Source of the DNA: Camelus dromedarius
Taxonomy: Eukaryota
DNA length: 64,000 nucleotides
Direction of reading: 5' to 3'
Assembly: GCF_036321535.1 (NCBI RefSeq)
Contig: NC_087437.1
Coordinates: 22,508,001-22,572,000 of the forward strand
Shown: positions 62,709 to 64,000 of the stretch, piece by piece
How the letters are laid out: the number at the start of each line of letters is the position of its first letter
Position numbering within the stretch: position 1 is the stretch's first letter
The notes under the pieces: model-generated
Told to the model about the DNA's origin: nothing
Seen by the model: only the letters and a program-made list of their open reading frames with translations
The model's database searches: none
Translations under genes and position numbers: made by a program

Positions 62709-64000
62709 GGGAGTCCCTGTATTTTTAAGTAGATAACCATATCAGCTCATCTACCAAGTACTTCATTTTGATTTTTATATTTTAAATTTCTATGATTTTA
62801 CTTTTAAAATTTCAACTATTCTTGTATTAGGGATATAAATAGTCTTTTATTCCATCTTAGTAAATAATTATACATGTCTTGGACTTTGGTTTTCTATAGT
62901 TTCATTTCCCCATGACACTGATCTCATCTGTTTTCATAATCTATATCGTCAGTGTAATCTTGCTTCTAAAATCCCAACAGATTTTTACCTTTTAAATTGG
63001 GATAGATGTATGTCCCACTTCTTTATCCCACTGAAGCTTCCATCTTGATGAAATTAGAAAGCAGACTTGAAGAGGTGCACTGACTTGCTCAATGGCATGA
63101 AGTCAGTAAATGATAGAGTCATCATCCAGACTCCCAGCCCAGCCTTCACTTCACGGACAAAGTAAAACACACGATCTACACATGAGGTATGTTCTAATTA
63201 AAATTCCTCCACCAAAACTTTTACCAGAATGACTAATAAAACAAAATTGAATGCATATATGTATATATTTTTTAGCTTTCACAGCTTCGTCTTATAAACA
63301 TGCTAATGAAAAGGCTAAAAGCAAACTGCTATTAGAACGATAGACAATATCTGAAAGTATAAGTGGTCAACAGTCACATCATTGAGAATTAACTCCACTT
63401 AGAAGATGATATCCTAATGTTCATAAAAACAAAGTAGGCAGGTGAAGGTGGAGATGGGGTTAAAGATCAAAAGGGATAAACCTCCAAATATATTATGGTT
63501 AGGATTTAATTTAGTGGCAGCAGGTAAAGCATGCTCACATCAATGGCATTAGATCAAATCTGACCATTTAACTGCCATTCTGGGAATAAGCTATTTGGCA
63601 CAGGCTTCAGAATTTGACTTTCATATGTTTAATTGAATGAAGTACCTTTAAAAAAATCAGGTGAAGCCACATTATGATTTTGCTACTATAGGATAATGCC
63701 ATCAAGCATGTGGTCTGGATTTTATGTTTCACTTCATATAAGAATTCACTGGGCACTCACTCCACTTTCTTTTGAAATGAGAAACTCTTGCTGTTAACCC
63801 ATGAAGAACAAACTAAATAGTGAAAGAATTTTTTCCTTTTCACTTCAACACTGCCTACCATTCTGGCAATGAAAAAAATGATGTATTTGAGGACCCTGGG
63901 ACAGGAAAATTGATAAGAGCTCCCAACTTCTTTCCCATAAACAACCAATATTTTAAAGCTATTAACACAGGAGCTGGCCATTCAAAGACAGTTCATTTAT

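Larger units (their letters stand above)
13516..64000 (-). other. SLC9A9: SLC9A9 large upstream intron (partial; previous exon lies beyond the window)
   Basis: U2 acceptor at 13517-13516. By eye I found no sequence encoding the expected preceding exon (...FGESVLNDAVAIVLTY) up to 64000. Confidence 0.8.

Noticed and set aside
62319..62732. Plus-strand 137-aa hydrophobic ORF
   Set aside because: It is an antisense frame of L1 ORF2, a common artefact.
63757..63981. Minus-strand ORF ending near a GTGAGT donor-like motif, considered as the upstream SLC9A9 exon
   Set aside because: No resemblance to the expected NHE9 peptide (...LFGESVLNDAVAIVL...).
1..64000. CRISPR array, operon or other novel multi-gene system
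   Set aside because: The sequence is mammalian intron with no regularly spaced repeat-spacer array, and the only long ORF is L1 ORF2. I also saw no CpG island or gene promoter.

Overview
Mammalian intronic DNA, most likely camelid (two tRNA-Ala-derived Vic-1-like SINEs and a camelid-type L1 3' end). The window lies inside SLC9A9 (endosomal Na+/H+ exchanger NHE9), transcribed on the minus strand. Only two coding exons are present: 13377..13515 (139 nt) and 10641..10746 (106 nt), matching human exons 7 and 8 as I recall the numbering. They are joined by a 2630-nt minor-spliceosome (U12, AT-AC) intron with a clear donor, branch site and acceptor. The rest is intron filled with old repeats (L1M, L2, MIR, L3/CR1, MLT1 LTRs, hAT/Tigger DNA transposons) and a few young insertions. 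One of these is a 5'-truncated L1 with an open ORF2 C-terminus and a probable 55-nt 3' transduction. Two near-perfect RFX X-boxes sit in motif clusters that are candidate enhancers. Almost all ORF-track entries are noise. I found no evidence for a wholly new multi-gene system. Repeat families were assigned from memory of consensus sequences and their boundaries are approximate.
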